Assembly: GCA_044229975.1 (NCBI GenBank) | Contig: JBGARZ010000035.1 | Location: 1 to 14,485, forward strand | DNA length: 14,485 nucleotides | Direction: 5' to 3' | Source: Polyangiales bacterium | GTDB taxonomy: Bacteria > Myxococcota_A > Polyangia > Polyangiales > Ga0077539 | Part shown: in pieces, positions 13,916-14,485 of the stretch | Position numbering within the stretch: the first letter of the stretch is position 1 | Layout: the number at the start of each line of letters is the position of its first letter | Program-made: the position numbers and the translations under genes | Notes under the pieces: model-generated | What the model was told of the DNA's origin: nothing | What the model saw: the letters and a program-made list of their open reading frames with translations, nothing else | Database searches by the model: none

Positions 13916-13952
13916 ACGCCCCGCGACTTCATGTCCGGGGCGTTCGTCATGT
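13916..13952 (+). terminator. Terminator/attenuator-like hairpin in the late leader
   Basis: ACGCCCCG(C)GAC-TTCAT-GTCCGGGGCGT followed by a weak T-containing tail TCGTCATGT. Confidence 0.6.
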
Positions 13953-13965
13953 CCCGGGAGGGTCC

Positions 13966-14136
13966 GTGTTCGCTAGCGGAACCACCATCGACAGCATCGA
14001 CGAAGCCCTGTTCCACCTCGCCCTCGCCAACCTCCCCGCCGAGCTCAGGCAGCAGCGCATCGACGCACTGCTCGACATGCGGCTCGAGCGCATGGCACGC
14101 GAAGGCAACGACATCCTCACCGACCTCGATGCGTGA
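13966..14136 (+). CDS. Small hypothetical protein (56 aa)
   Basis: GGAGG RBS; MFASGTTIDSIDEALFHL...RIDALLDMRLE; translated by hand. Confidence 0.65.
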   Translation: MFASGTTIDSIDEALFHLALANLPAELRQQRIDALLDMRLERMAREGNDILTDLDA

Positions 14137-14440
14137 CCCGCGCTCACATCGCAGGTACCGCACCGCAGCCAAGGCCTACATCGCAGCCCACGAGCCCGGC
14201 ACCCCCTGCTGCCTCTGCGGCGCAGGCATCGACACCACCCTGCCCAGCACCGTCGCGGCAGGACCGACGGTCGAGCACCGCATCCCCATCCGCGACATCC
14301 TCACCACCGCGCGCAACGACGCCGAGGCCCTGACCGCAGCCTGCGACACGACCACATGGGGCATAGCCCACCGCCGCTGCCAAGACAGGCAAGGCGCACG
14401 CGTCACCAACGGCCCACGCGAGCGACCATCACGCTGGTGA
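14129..14440 (+). CDS. Packaging-associated HNH-like protein (HK97 gp74-type position), divergent motif (103 aa)
   Basis: CCLCG..ID..LP...TVEHRIP...AHRRCQ..QG; at the start of the late region, followed by GGGGGGGCGGT. Confidence 0.75.
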   Translation: MRDPRSHRRYRTAAKAYIAAHEPGTPCCLCGAGIDTTLPSTVAAGPTVEHRIPIRDILTTARNDAEALTAACDTTTWGIAHRRCQDRQGARVTNGPRERPSRW

Positions 14441-14485
14441 CCACCGGGGGGGCGGTCGAAAGTTCAGCCCGACCGTGGTGGCGAC

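Overview
High-GC right-arm segment of a temperate actinobacteriophage in its unintegrated form (attP is intact). Order: terminator hairpin; a leftward two-gene operon with its own SigA-like promoter; a short tyrosine integrase; an Xre-type repressor whose 3' end contains a tRNA-Asn-like attP core (the layout of integration-dependent immunity); a divergent Cro/Xis-like gene; then about 11.5 kb of tightly coupled rightward early genes (GIY-YIG protein, octapeptide-repeat protein, Rad52/Sak-like recombinase, small Zn-finger and membrane proteins, two HNH homing-type endonucleases, a Zn-finger/HTH/WhiB-like protein, a replication-initiator-like locus split by one TAG around ori-like palindromes, and a probable late regulator). 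A late promoter with a terminator-like leader and a packaging-type HNH gene end the window. Notable details: a predicted TAA created on integration that removes the repressor's LRYLASAA tail, a 12-bp motif shared by two leftward promoters, a 14-bp inverted repeat over the Cro promoter, a candidate three-way-junction RNA, a duplicated gene module, and a recoded-duplication insertion scar. All family assignments are from motif recognition; no database searches were run.
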